Source of the DNA: an uncultured Candidatus Saccharibacteria bacterium
GTDB taxonomy: Bacteria; Patescibacteriota; Minisyncoccia; CAIUEV01; JAHKAQ01
Reading direction: 5' to 3'
Length of the DNA: 64,000 bases
NCBI GenBank assembly: GCA_964598205.1
Contig: CAZRBB010000001.1
Span: forward strand, 156,199 to 220,198
Each line of letters starts with the position of its first letter. Positions within the stretch are counted from its first letter, which is position 1. Positions 27,848 through 37,706 of this stretch are shown here, piece after piece. Made by a program: the position numbers and the translations under genes. The notes under the pieces are model-generated. The model did no database searches, was not told the DNA's origin, and saw nothing but the letters and a program-made list of their open reading frames with translations.

Positions 27848-30613
27848 TCAACGACTTAATTTTTTTCTTGCCTCTTCAAACAAGAACACTCCCAAGAAGG
27901 AAACCCCTACCATCAACCAGTCCCAGCTATCGATTGGTGACATTCGCAAATATTTTTGGAAAAAAGGAGCGTACATAAAAATCAATAGAATTCCCAAGGA
28001 AATAAAGGCCGAGCCAATAGTGTATTTATTTTTGAAAAATCCCAAGGCAAAAGGGGAGAGAGTTTCGCTTCGGGATTGAAACAAATTGGCCATTTGCGAC
28101 ATTGCTAGAACGGCATAAGTGGCGGTAGTGGATTTAATATAGAGCGCGGAATCGCTGGACATTAATTCTCCAAATTGCCACCCACCCCTAATCATTGACC
28201 ACAAAAAAGTGATTGTTCCGGCCATGGCCACTACAATTCCAATCATTATAATTCTCTTAAAACAGGCAAAATCAATTATTTCTTTTTGTTGATTGCTTCT
28301 GTTTCTACTTTTGGAATTTATTTCTGGTGGCTCAAGTCCTAATGAAAAAGAAGGAAAAACATCGGTTGCTAAATCAATAGAGAGGATTTGAATCGCTGTA
28401 ATGGGAAAGGGAATGTGAAGTAGAACACCAAAAACAGTGGTAAACAGTTCGCTGGAATTAGAAGAAAAGACATAGTAAACAAACTTTTTTAAATTGGTAA
28501 AAAGAGTTCGTCCTTCTCTAATTCCATTAACAATCGAAGCAAAGTTATCGTCTAAGAGAATCATGTCGGCAGCTTCTTTGGAAACATCTGTTCCCATAAT
28601 TCCCATAGCTATCCCAATATCTGCCTTCTTTAGGGCTGGAGCATCGTTCACACCATCTCCAGTCATGGCGATTGTTTGTTTATTTTTAATCAAAACAGAA
28701 GCAATCCTTAATTTTTGAAGTGGACTAATCCTGGCAAAAACACAAGTCCCTTTTTTTATTCTTTGGTAAAGCTCCTGATCTCCTAGGATTTCTAATTCTT
28801 TACCGCTAATCACTTGATTCTTTTGGGAATTTTGTGGCAATAAACCGATTTTTTTGGCGATTGCCTTGGCTGTAATTTCATAATCGCCGGTAATCATTAT
28901 TGTTTTAATACCTAACTCATGGCATTCGCTAAGGGCTACTGTTACTTCCTTTCTGGGAGGATCGGTCATGGCCATCATTCCTACCCATACTAAATCTTTT
29001 TCTGCTTCCTTTTTTATAAAACCTGTATTTTTTAGTTTTTCTTCTTTTATTTTACTTAAATCACGATAAGCCAAGGCTAATACGCGCAATGCTTCTTGAG
29101 ATAATCGATTGTATTGTTCTTTGATTTTTTCTTTTTCTTTCTGGGAAAATGAAATTAGCCGATCACCGATTTTTATTTGATTGCAAAGATCTATTAATAC
29201 ATCTGGAGAACCTTTTACGAAAGAAATTACTCGGCTATTTTGATAAATTACGCTCATCCGCATTCGGTCGGAAGAAAAAGGATTTTCGCCGATTTTCTTT
29301 TCTCCTTTTTCAAAAAAACCTTCTTCGCTATTGAATTTTTTTCCGGCTACAATCATGGCACCTTCTGTTGGATCGCCGATTATTTTATACCCTTTTTCTT
29401 CTTGGATTAAACTGGCATCATTGCACAGCGTTCCGATTCTAAAAAGTTCTTCTAGATTTTCTACTTCCAAAGGATCAACCCGCTGTCCTTCTAAGAAAAA
29501 TTCACCATTCGGTTCATAGCCATTACCAGTTAAATCAAGTTCTTGGTTAGGTAGGATTACCTTTGTAACGGTTAGTTCGTTTTTGGTGATGGTTCCAGTT
29601 TTGTCCGTGCAGATTATAGATACTGATCCCAAGGTTTCTACGGCACTGAGTTTTTTAGCTAAAACATTCTTTTTTAAAAGCTTTTTCATTCCTACGGATA
29701 GGGCTACAGAAATAGCCGCCGGCAGACCCTCTGGAACCACGGAAACAGCCAACGCTAAAGCAAAAAGAAAACTTTCGTAAGCGTTAATCTTAAAAAAATA
29801 ACCGACCATCATTACTACTACTCCAATAATTAAAGAAATCACGGTAATTTTTTTGCCCAGAATTTTCATTTTTCGCTGAAGAGGGGTGGGATTTTCTTGG
29901 ATCAGTTGAGCCATGGTGGCAATTCTTCCCAGTTCCGTTTCCATTCCAGTGGCTGTTACTACAAATTTTCCTTCCCCATTAGTCACTGATTCTCCAAGAA
30001 AAACCATGTTGGAAATATCGGACAAAATAACTTTTTCTTTTTTCATTGCTCCGGTTCTTCTAAACTCATCTTTTGATTCCCCCGAAAAAACAAACCCGTT
30101 AATTTTTAATTCGTAAGCTTCAAAAAGATAACCATCGGCTGGGACAGCATTGCCTGCCGATAAAAAAATAACATCTCCTAAAACCACTTCTGTTACTTTG
30201 ATTTCTTTTTTTTGGCCATTTCGAATAACCAATGTTTTGTCTGTAATTAAATTTTTTAATTTGTTTATGATTTGCTCCGCTTTGAATTCTTGAAAAAACC
30301 CCACCAAGGAATTAATTAAAACAATTATTAAAATAATTACTACATCACGAATCTCTCCAAAGAAAAAAGCCAATCCGGCTGCAACCAGTAGGATCCAAAT
30401 CAGAGCATCTTTAAATTGATCACCAAATATTCTTAATTTTTGCCAGCCAACCCGTTCCTTTATTTTATTTTCTCCGTATAATCGCAGTCTTTCTTCCGCT
30501 TCTTTATCTAGAAGACCTTTTTCATTGGAACTAAAAAATTCCAAAACTTCTTGGGGAGTGGCATTGTAAATTTCGCTACTAAATTCTTTTCCCATGGAGG
30601 ATTGATCTGCCAT
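27848..30613 (-). CDS. Cation-transporting P-type ATPase (P2-type, Ca2+/Mg2+-like)
   Basis: ICTDKTGTIT (phosphorylation site), TGD, MITGDYEITAKAIA and AMTGDGVNDAPALKKADIGIAMG motifs. ~10 TM helices, 921 aa. Confidence 0.9.
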   Translation of the reverse strand: MADQSSMGKEFSSEIYNATPQEVLEFFSSNEKGLLDKEAEERLRLYGENKIKERVGWQKLRIFGDQFKDALIWILLVAAGLAFFFGEIRDVVIILIIVLINSLVGFFQEFKAEQIINKLKNLITDKTLVIRNGQKKEIKVTEVVLGDVIFLSAGNAVPADGYLFEAYELKINGFVFSGESKDEFRRTGAMKKEKVILSDISNMVFLGESVTNGEGKFVVTATGMETELGRIATMAQLIQENPTPLQRKMKILGKKITVISLIIGVVVMMVGYFFKINAYESFLFALALAVSVVPEGLPAAISVALSVGMKKLLKKNVLAKKLSAVETLGSVSIICTDKTGTITKNELTVTKVILPNQELDLTGNGYEPNGEFFLEGQRVDPLEVENLEELFRIGTLCNDASLIQEEKGYKIIGDPTEGAMIVAGKKFNSEEGFFEKGEKKIGENPFSSDRMRMSVIYQNSRVISFVKGSPDVLIDLCNQIKIGDRLISFSQKEKEKIKEQYNRLSQEALRVLALAYRDLSKIKEEKLKNTGFIKKEAEKDLVWVGMMAMTDPPRKEVTVALSECHELGIKTIMITGDYEITAKAIAKKIGLLPQNSQKNQVISGKELEILGDQELYQRIKKGTCVFARISPLQKLRIASVLIKNKQTIAMTGDGVNDAPALKKADIGIAMGIMGTDVSKEAADMILLDDNFASIVNGIREGRTLFTNLKKFVYYVFSSNSSELFTTVFGVLLHIPFPITAIQILSIDLATDVFPSFSLGLEPPEINSKSRNRSNQQKEIIDFACFKRIIMIGIVVAMAGTITFLWSMIRGGWQFGELMSSDSALYIKSTTATYAVLAMSQMANLFQSRSETLSPFALGFFKNKYTIGSAFISLGILLIFMYAPFFQKYLRMSPIDSWDWLMVGVSFLGVFLFEEARKKLSR

Positions 30614-30866
30614 CTATTTTTTTTAATTTTGACTCATTTTCTCACAAATTTTAAGATTTGTCTTTTATTTAATCCCAGGAGATAAATTTTTAATTACGAA
30701 TTTTGAGTTTTGATTAAAATTCTAATTTTGAATTTTAAAACAATTTAGAATTTTGAGTTTCCAATTTTATTCAAAATTAAAAACTCAAAATTAAAAATTA
30801 AGGGTAGCGTTTTCAATTCTGATTGGATTCGCTACAATTAAAAAATAACAGTAAGTATTCAAAATC

Positions 30867-32090
30867 ATGAGCGTAGCCAATGTTCCAGTATTAAAGGACC
30901 AAAAACTAATCGATCTTTTTTTAGAGAGGGGAACAGACAAAATCTATCCTTCTCCTTCCGCTCTAAAAAAGAAATTACTTTCTGGAGAAAGAATTAAAGT
31001 TTATCAGGGCTTTGACCCCTCCGGTCCGCACCTGCATGTTGGCCATGCAATAGGCATTAGGGCTTTAAGGATTTTGCAACAGTTGGGCCACGAAGTGATT
31101 TTTTTAGTAGGGGACTATACTGCCAAAGTAGGAGATCCAGACAAAGAAACAACCAGAAAAATGTTAACCGACGAAGAAATAGAAAAAAATATGGCTGGTT
31201 GGAAAACTCAGGCGGCGCAGTTGATTGATTTTTCTGGCAAAAATCCAGTAAGTTTTGAAAGAAATTACCATTGGCTTAGTCATTTAAAAATGGAAGACAC
31301 AATCAAATTAATGTCTAATATTACCGTTCAGCGAATGTTAGAGCGGGATCTTTTTGAAAAGCGAATCAAAAACAATGAACCTCTTTATCTCCACGAATTT
31401 ATCTACCCTCTTTTGCAGGGATACGATGGTGTGGCCATGAAAGTAGATTTAGAAATTGGTGGCAGCGATCAAACTTTTAACATGCTAGTGGGGCGGGAAT
31501 TAGTAAAAAGTTATTTAGGAAAAGAAAAGTTTGTGCGCACTAATCGCATGATGGAAGCAGCCGACGGCCGAACCATGAGTAAAACCAAGGGTAACGGAAT
31601 TAATTTGGCCGATTCGCCAAAAGAAATGTACGGCAAGGCTATGGCCTATCCTGATAGTTTGATTATTACTGGGTTAGAATTATTAACGGAACTAACCCCC
31701 GCCGAAATTAAAGAATGCGAACAGGCCATAAAGAATGGTACCAATCCAATGGAAATCAAAAAAAAGTTAGCCTTTGAAATTGTCCGATTGATTAAGGGGA
31801 GTACAGAAGCCACAGAAGCCGAGCAAGCTTTTATAAAAACTTTTTCCTTACGAGAAACACCAACCGACATTCCTAAAATTAAAGCGGGTAACGAGATGGT
31901 GATTTTAGAAATTCTAAAAACCTGCCTTAAAAATGAATATTCCGGCAGTCAATTAAGAAAACTAATTACAGAAGGAGCGGTGCGCTTGGATGGCGAAAAA
32001 ATTCAAGACTTAAATCAAAAAATCACAGTCAAAAAAGGAGGGGCTGAGTTGAAGGTAGGGAAAAGAAAGTGGTTTCGACTGGTAAATTAG
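30867..32090 (+). CDS. tyrS: Tyrosyl-tRNA synthetase
   Basis: HVGH (HIGH) motif, KMSKT-like TMSKTKG, and a C-terminal S4-like domain. Confidence 0.85.
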   Translation: MSVANVPVLKDQKLIDLFLERGTDKIYPSPSALKKKLLSGERIKVYQGFDPSGPHLHVGHAIGIRALRILQQLGHEVIFLVGDYTAKVGDPDKETTRKMLTDEEIEKNMAGWKTQAAQLIDFSGKNPVSFERNYHWLSHLKMEDTIKLMSNITVQRMLERDLFEKRIKNNEPLYLHEFIYPLLQGYDGVAMKVDLEIGGSDQTFNMLVGRELVKSYLGKEKFVRTNRMMEAADGRTMSKTKGNGINLADSPKEMYGKAMAYPDSLIITGLELLTELTPAEIKECEQAIKNGTNPMEIKKKLAFEIVRLIKGSTEATEAEQAFIKTFSLRETPTDIPKIKAGNEMVILEILKTCLKNEYSGSQLRKLITEGAVRLDGEKIQDLNQKITVKKGGAELKVGKRKWFRLVN

Positions 32091-32280
32091 TTTTAGAAGA
32101 AATTTTCCTATTTTTTTCTTTTTTTTAATAATTTGTTTTTTATAATAAAGGAAATAAACTTTATTCAATCATTCATGGCAGGGGATTGGAAAGTTTTTTT
32201 CTACTTCGCTATAAAAATAATTTTCATTTACAAATTAAATTAAGAGAAATGTATAACTAATTTCTTTAATCTCGGAAAAT

Positions 32281-33060
32281 ATGACAGCAATAGATACAAA
32301 ATACTTTAAAGAATATAGAGAGAAACTTGGCTTTACTAATCAGTGCGAAGTAAAAGCATTTTGGGCTGCAAAAGATATTACCCCCACGGTTGATTATGCT
32401 TATATCAACTTACTAAATAAAAGATTGTTCGAAATTGTTGAGAAAATAAACAATCTGGTTGTTGATGAAATTAAGGTTGAAAATCTAAATGGTTTTTGTG
32501 TTGAAAACATAAAATCAGTTTTTAAAAAATTAAAAACCCACAACATTATTTCGAAACTAAACAATCAGGGGAGAAGACCCGAGGAAGTCTATTTTTCATG
32601 GATGAGAGGCTTTATAATCTCATCCTATTTCTTAAGTGCTTTAAGCAGGGTCTTTGAGGTCAATATTGAAAATATTGAATTGATTGGTGATGATGATTTG
32701 ATAAATATTGAAACTTTCAAAAGAACACCAAAGGCAGATTTACAAATCAATTTAAGAAATGGTGAGAAAGTTAGGATTGAAGTTCAGTCTGGATTTCAAG
32801 GAATAAACGACATTAAACAGCACAAGGTTTTAGAAGCTAAAAGAATAAAAAGAGAAAAAAGTGTTTCTTCATTAGTAATTCATTTCGACTTATTTAATGG
32901 CCAAGTTTCTTTTATTAAAATAGATGAGATTGAAGATGACAGTATAAATTGGATAACAAGACAACAAATGGAGGGACAAACTGTATTTAACATAGATCAA
33001 AACTATTTTGTTTGGAAATTAACTGAAAATCCTCCTAAGTTTACAGATCTATCTTTCTAA
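32281..33060 (+). CDS. Hypothetical protein, probable type II restriction endonuclease partner of the downstream C5-methyltransferase
   Basis: 259-aa ORF with no recognisable motif. It ends 3 nt before the methyltransferase start and has the same orientation and local AT-richness. The REase call is by position only. Confidence 0.4.
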   Translation: MTAIDTKYFKEYREKLGFTNQCEVKAFWAAKDITPTVDYAYINLLNKRLFEIVEKINNLVVDEIKVENLNGFCVENIKSVFKKLKTHNIISKLNNQGRRPEEVYFSWMRGFIISSYFLSALSRVFEVNIENIELIGDDDLINIETFKRTPKADLQINLRNGEKVRIEVQSGFQGINDIKQHKVLEAKRIKREKSVSSLVIHFDLFNGQVSFIKIDEIEDDSINWITRQQMEGQTVFNIDQNYFVWKLTENPPKFTDLSF

Positions 33061-33063
33061 ATC

Positions 33064-34188
33064 ATGGGAATAGTTAAAAAAATCAAAATAATAGATTTAT
33101 TTGCGGGTGTTGGAGGGTTAAGCTATGGATTCGCCCATGATAATAATTTCAAAATTGTTACTGCAAATGAAATTTTGCCCAATATGGCGAAAGCTTACAA
33201 GTTAAACCACCCTACCGTAAAAGTTTATTGCAAGGATATTAAAGAATTCGGTATTAATGATTTAGAACGGGATCTTAATATTAAAAAAGGTAATATTGAT
33301 CTAGTTATTGGCGGTCCTCCTTGTCAGGCATATTCGACAGTAGGAAAGAGATTAATTGATGATCCAAAAGGCAGATTATTCCAAGAATATTATAGAATTT
33401 TAAAAGAAATAGAACCTAAAGTTTTTCTTTTTGAAAATGTAAAAGGTCTTTTATCTATGCAAGGAGGTAAATTATTAAAGACGATCATTTCATTATTTGA
33501 ATCATTAAAATACAAAGTTGTTTATAGAGTTCTAAACTCAGCAGATTATGGGGTTCCGCAAATCAGGGAGAGAGTTATTGTAATAGGGACAAAATTAAAT
33601 TCAAAGTTTGATTATCCAGAACCGACTCATTACAATTCAGAAAATGGACAAACGGCTTTGACCCAAGAATTACTACCATATCTAACATTATCAGATGCAA
33701 TAAGCGATTTACCTTTTATTAAAAGTGGAGAAGAAAGTTTTAATTATGCGGATGAACCAAGAAATGAATTTCAAAAATTAATGAGAAATAATTCTCCTAA
33801 AAAATTAATGGATCATAACGCTCCAAACAATAATAAAAATTTGGTAAAAATTATGGAAAGTTTACCTGACGGTGGGACTCCTGAGGATTTGCCAGAAAAA
33901 CTAAGACCCAAAAGCGGTTTTGCCAATACTTATTGTAGATTATGGTGGAACAGACCAAGTACAACTATTACAAGAAACTTAAGCACTCCTTCTTCATCGA
34001 GATGTATTCATCCAAAAGCACCAAGACCATTGACCACAAGAGAAGGAGCGAGAATACAATGTTTTCCTGATAATTATTTCTTTTATGGTTCAAGGAGCGA
34101 TAAAAATTTACAAATTGGAAATGCCGTACCTACGCTTCTGTCAGTTGCATTAAAAGAATCTATTAGAAAACATTTTTTAGGAAAATAA
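33064..34188 (+). CDS. dcm: DNA (cytosine-5)-methyltransferase
   Basis: Motif I LFAGVGGLSYGF, motif IV GGPPCQAYS, motif VI ENVKGL, motif VIII QIRERVIVIG, motif X GNAVP. Confidence 0.9.
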   Translation: MGIVKKIKIIDLFAGVGGLSYGFAHDNNFKIVTANEILPNMAKAYKLNHPTVKVYCKDIKEFGINDLERDLNIKKGNIDLVIGGPPCQAYSTVGKRLIDDPKGRLFQEYYRILKEIEPKVFLFENVKGLLSMQGGKLLKTIISLFESLKYKVVYRVLNSADYGVPQIRERVIVIGTKLNSKFDYPEPTHYNSENGQTALTQELLPYLTLSDAISDLPFIKSGEESFNYADEPRNEFQKLMRNNSPKKLMDHNAPNNNKNLVKIMESLPDGGTPEDLPEKLRPKSGFANTYCRLWWNRPSTTITRNLSTPSSSRCIHPKAPRPLTTREGARIQCFPDNYFFYGSRSDKNLQIGNAVPTLLSVALKESIRKHFLGK

Positions 34189-34200
34189 TAATTTTTATCA

Positions 34201-34228
34201 AAAAACTCCCCTTTCGGGGAGTTTTAAC
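34201..34228 (+). terminator. Rho-independent terminator after the methyltransferase gene
   Basis: aaaactcccc-tttc-ggggagtttt perfect hairpin followed by T residues. Confidence 0.6.
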
Positions 34229-34231
34229 TTG

Positions 34232-34304
34232 TTGCGGGGGGCGGACTCGAACCGCCAACCTTGAGGTTATGGGCCTCACGAGCTGCCAATTGCTCCACCC
34301 CGCG
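34232..34304 (-). tRNA. tRNA-Met (anticodon CAT), initiator-like (apparent C1:A72 mismatch)
   Basis: Reverse complement CGCGGGG-TG-GAGC-AATTGGCA-GCTC-G-TGAGG-CCCATAA-CCTCA-AGGTT-GGCGG-TTCGAGT-CCGCC-CCCCGCA-A. The 7-bp acceptor stem has an unpaired first position. Anticodon loop has C at position 33. Confidence 0.75.
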
Positions 34305-34399
34305 ATGCCTCTATTTATAGTTGTTCAGTTAGATAAGGTCAAGCTTTATATAAGAGATTTTCCTGTTTGAGTATATTTCATTGTTAAAGCCTTGCCGTT

Positions 34400-36622
34400 T
34401 CAACTATTATCCGGAGTTCTTTTTTCTAAATCTACGCTTAAAAGTTGAGAGGTGCCGTCTTTTCTTAAGGTAACTCCATAAAGTAAGCGGACTTCTTTCA
34501 TTATTTCTCGGTTGTGAGTGATTACAATAAATTGAGAATGGCGGGCCATATTTTTTACCACTTTGGTAAAGTTGGCAGAATTGGTTTCGTCCAAGGAAGC
34601 GTCTACTTCGTCTAATAAAACAAAAGGAGGCGGGTTGCTGCTAATAATTGCAAATAAAAGCGCCAAAGAAGTTAATGTTTTTTCGCCACCAGAAAGCATG
34701 CTGGTGCTTTTGATTCTTTTTCTAGGAAGACTCATTTTTATTTCTATTCCTTGAGGCATATTTTGTTCTTCGGTTGAATATTCTGTTTTTTCCGTTTCTT
34801 CTTTTTCTTCCAAAACTAAAACAAGTTCGGCCTGCCCACCTCCAAAAATAATTTCAAAATATTTCTGGAATTTTCCATTGACCTTTTCTAAGGTTAAAGA
34901 AAAACGGGTATTAATCTCCTTGTCTAATTCTTTGATCATTTTTCTGAGCGTTTTTTCTGTTTCTTTAATGTCTTTTGTTTCTTCCTTTAAAAATATAAAT
35001 CGTTCTTTTGTTTCTTGGTACTCTTTTAATACTTCTTCTCCAATGGAATCACAAACCTCTAGCTGTCTTTTAAGCATTTCTAGTTGTGAATCGGCGACTA
35101 GAATCTCTTTTCTTTCTAGCTCTTCTTCCTTTTTTAGATCCAAAAAATCTGGCAGCTTTCCTAAAAGTCGCTGTGCTTTTTCGTTTTGCCGTTCTTCTGT
35201 CATTGCTAAGCGGGAAAATTCTATTTTTAACGAATTGATTCGGTCCTTGATCGTCTCTTTGAAACGATTTCTTTGTTCCGCTTCTTCGGCTAATTGATAA
35301 AACCGTCTCTTTTTTTCTGTTTCTTTCTTATCCAAAAAAGCAATCTCGCTTCTAATCGCCACATCCTTACTGCTCAAAACACTTATTTCTTTTTCTTGAT
35401 TTTTTATTTCTAAAACTTCTTTTTCCAATGCTTTTTTAAGTTCAATTACTTTTTCTTCTCCGCCAGTTCGGATAACACCTTTTTGCAAGGCAGATTTTAA
35501 ATTCAGGATTTCTGTTTTAGTTTTTTCCAAGATCTCTTTAATAGAGGAATCTTTTTTCTCCCAAAGGGTGATTTTATCTAAAATTGTTTCTAGCTTTTGT
35601 TCCACAAAGGGAAGATCCACCTTCTTTACCAAGAGCGATTCTTCTAGCTTTATTTTTTCTTTAATAATTTCTATTCGGCCATCACTAATAGCGCGTTGTC
35701 TTTCGGATTCGTTTTTTTGGATCCTTATTTTTTCTAATTGTTTTTCCAATTCTTCTGTTTTTGGTTCGGTGCAAGTACTTTCTTTAGCGGTCGCTTCTAG
35801 CTCTTGGTTTATTTGAGTAGTTTCTTGATTTTTTTGATCTAGAATTTTCTGCTCCTTTTCTAGCTTTAAAGAAATAGCTTCTTTTTTATCTTGGTGTTCT
35901 TTTTTTAGTGTTCCAAAATAGCGCCTAGCCAATTCGTTAAAAGCCGATTGTAACGCTTTCTCTTCGGTTTTTTTTTCGGCGGTTGCCTCCAAGCTTTCTA
36001 CTCGGGGTTTTATTTCTAAAAGAGAGGCTTCTGTTTTGGCCAAGTTAAAAAGTGTTTCTTCTAGATTTTTTCTTGAGTCTTCCTTTTTTATTTCCAAATG
36101 TTTAACGCAGGCGGCTTCTTCCAAAATTTTTCTTCTTTCCAATGGGGAAGCGGCCAACAATCGGTCGGCCATTCCTTGATTCACAATGGAATAGCTTTCC
36201 CTGCCAATACCGGCTTCTCCTAAAAGACTAACGATTTCTTTTAGGGAGGCGCGACTGTTATTTAGAAAATATTCATTTTCACCGCTTCTATAGATTTTTC
36301 TAGAAATAGTGATTTCGGAAAATTCTACCGGAATTTTTTTTCCGCTGTTGTCAAAAAAAAGCGTTACTCTGGCAGCAGAAAGAGGTTTTTTAAGTGGGCT
36401 ACCGGCAAAAATAACATCTAAGTTTTTTTTACCGCGAAAACTTTTCTTACTTCCTCCGCCTAGCCCCCATTTAATAGCGTCGGCAATATTGCTTTTGCCG
36501 GAACCATTTGGCCCTACAATGGCCGTTATTTCTGGGTTTCCTTCCAAGGAATCGGGAAAAACAAGAGTTGTTTTGTGGTAGAAAGACTTAAAACCGGCGA
36601 GCTCTATTTTCTTTAAGCGCAT
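34400..36622 (-). CDS. smc: SMC-family chromosome condensation ATPase, unusually short (740 aa)
   Basis: N-terminal MRLKKIELAGFKSF...IVGPNGSGKSNIADAIKWGLG...DVIFAG, long coiled coil, C-terminal LSGGEKTLTSLALLFAI ... LLDEVDASLD signature/Walker B motifs. Confidence 0.8.
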   Translation of the reverse strand: MRLKKIELAGFKSFYHKTTLVFPDSLEGNPEITAIVGPNGSGKSNIADAIKWGLGGGSKKSFRGKKNLDVIFAGSPLKKPLSAARVTLFFDNSGKKIPVEFSEITISRKIYRSGENEYFLNNSRASLKEIVSLLGEAGIGRESYSIVNQGMADRLLAASPLERRKILEEAACVKHLEIKKEDSRKNLEETLFNLAKTEASLLEIKPRVESLEATAEKKTEEKALQSAFNELARRYFGTLKKEHQDKKEAISLKLEKEQKILDQKNQETTQINQELEATAKESTCTEPKTEELEKQLEKIRIQKNESERQRAISDGRIEIIKEKIKLEESLLVKKVDLPFVEQKLETILDKITLWEKKDSSIKEILEKTKTEILNLKSALQKGVIRTGGEEKVIELKKALEKEVLEIKNQEKEISVLSSKDVAIRSEIAFLDKKETEKKRRFYQLAEEAEQRNRFKETIKDRINSLKIEFSRLAMTEERQNEKAQRLLGKLPDFLDLKKEEELERKEILVADSQLEMLKRQLEVCDSIGEEVLKEYQETKERFIFLKEETKDIKETEKTLRKMIKELDKEINTRFSLTLEKVNGKFQKYFEIIFGGGQAELVLVLEEKEETEKTEYSTEEQNMPQGIEIKMSLPRKRIKSTSMLSGGEKTLTSLALLFAIISSNPPPFVLLDEVDASLDETNSANFTKVVKNMARHSQFIVITHNREIMKEVRLLYGVTLRKDGTSQLLSVDLEKRTPDNS

Positions 36623-36870
36623 TTTAGATTCTTTTTATTTTCTCTTTCGTTTCTTTTTAAACACTTTTGTCTAAGCTGAGCCTAGTTCTTTTTCATTAAC
36701 AGGAACAATCATAGCATATTTAAAAATCAGTCTAAAGTCGGCTAATTACGAATTATGTTCCGTTTTTTCTCGGAAGCAATGTTCCCAGAGGAAGCTTCTT
36801 GTTCCCATGAAAGAGACCAGAGGAGTATCCATTGGGTAGACTAACGAGGAGGCTCCTTATTCCCACGAAA

Positions 36871-36938
36871 GAGAGTAGAGGAGTATCCATTGGGTAGACT
36901 AAGAGCCATGTCTACCCAATGGATACTCCTCTACTCTC
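36871..36938. repeat. 29-bp perfect inverted repeat (10-nt loop) in the smc/response-regulator divergent intergenic region, preceded by two ~57-bp direct repeat units
   Basis: gagagtagaggagtatccattgggtagac (36871-36899) is the reverse complement of 36910-36938. The upstream units at ~36786-36900 share GGAGGCTCCTT(G/A)TTCCC with repeats A and B. Confidence 0.8.
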
Positions 36939-37001
36939 TAAGCCAGACCCTTGACCTAGAAAAATAAAAATGCCAGCTTTACCCGTTAATTATTTTTTTC
37001 T

Positions 37002-37706
37002 ATGAAAATCCTAGTTATTGAAGATCAAAAAGAAAGTGCCAATTATTTAGTTAAAGGGCTAACAGACAACGGCATGGTAGTGGACTGGGAAGAAGACGGG
37101 GAGAAAGGCTTTTGGCGAGCCTGTTATACGCGTTACGATGTTATACTTTGCGATTTTCATCTTCCCAATAAAAATGGTCAAAAGATTTTGGAAGATTTAA
37201 GGGAAAAAAAGAACGAAACCCCCTTTATCATGGTAACGGTGGAGCGGGAAGTGGAAGAAAAAATAAAATCACTAGACATTGGGGCCGACGATTACATCAC
37301 CAAGCCTTTTCCCATTGGAGAGCTCTTGGCAAGGATCAGGGCAGTGTTGCGGCGGAAAATGGGAAAAAGTCCAGAAAAAAAGCTAATCTTAAAAGATATT
37401 TCTTTAGATTTAGAGAATTACAAAGCGGAATATAAAAACAAAAAACTTTCCCTAAGAAGAAAAGAATTCGATCTCCTTTATTGTTTTATGCTTAATCCTG
37501 GCCGGGTTCTTCCCCGAACTCTTTTATTAGAAAAGGTTTGGGATATGAATGCCGATCCCTTTACTAACACGGTAGATGTCCATGTTCAGAGCCTAAGAAG
37601 GAAATTGAAAGACAAAAAAGGGAAAGTTATTAGGACTATTTATGGAAGAGGCTATGAATTTTTATTAAAAAAAGATGACCGAAAGAGTTTTTTCCCAGAG
37701 AATTAA
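37002..37706 (+). CDS. OmpR-family response regulator
   Basis: Receiver domain (MKILVIEDQ..., DVILCDFHLPNKNG, KP motif) plus a winged-helix C-terminus (TVDVHVQSLRRKL...YGRGYEF). Confidence 0.9.
   Translation: MKILVIEDQKESANYLVKGLTDNGMVVDWEEDGEKGFWRACYTRYDVILCDFHLPNKNGQKILEDLREKKNETPFIMVTVEREVEEKIKSLDIGADDYITKPFPIGELLARIRAVLRRKMGKSPEKKLILKDISLDLENYKAEYKNKKLSLRRKEFDLLYCFMLNPGRVLPRTLLLEKVWDMNADPFTNTVDVHVQSLRRKLKDKKGKVIRTIYGRGYEFLLKKDDRKSFFPEN

Noticed and set aside
34563-36581. Multiple 60-140-aa plus-strand ORFs inside smc
   Set aside because: Antisense to a long coiled-coil gene whose K/E-rich codons give open S/F-rich reverse frames. No motifs.
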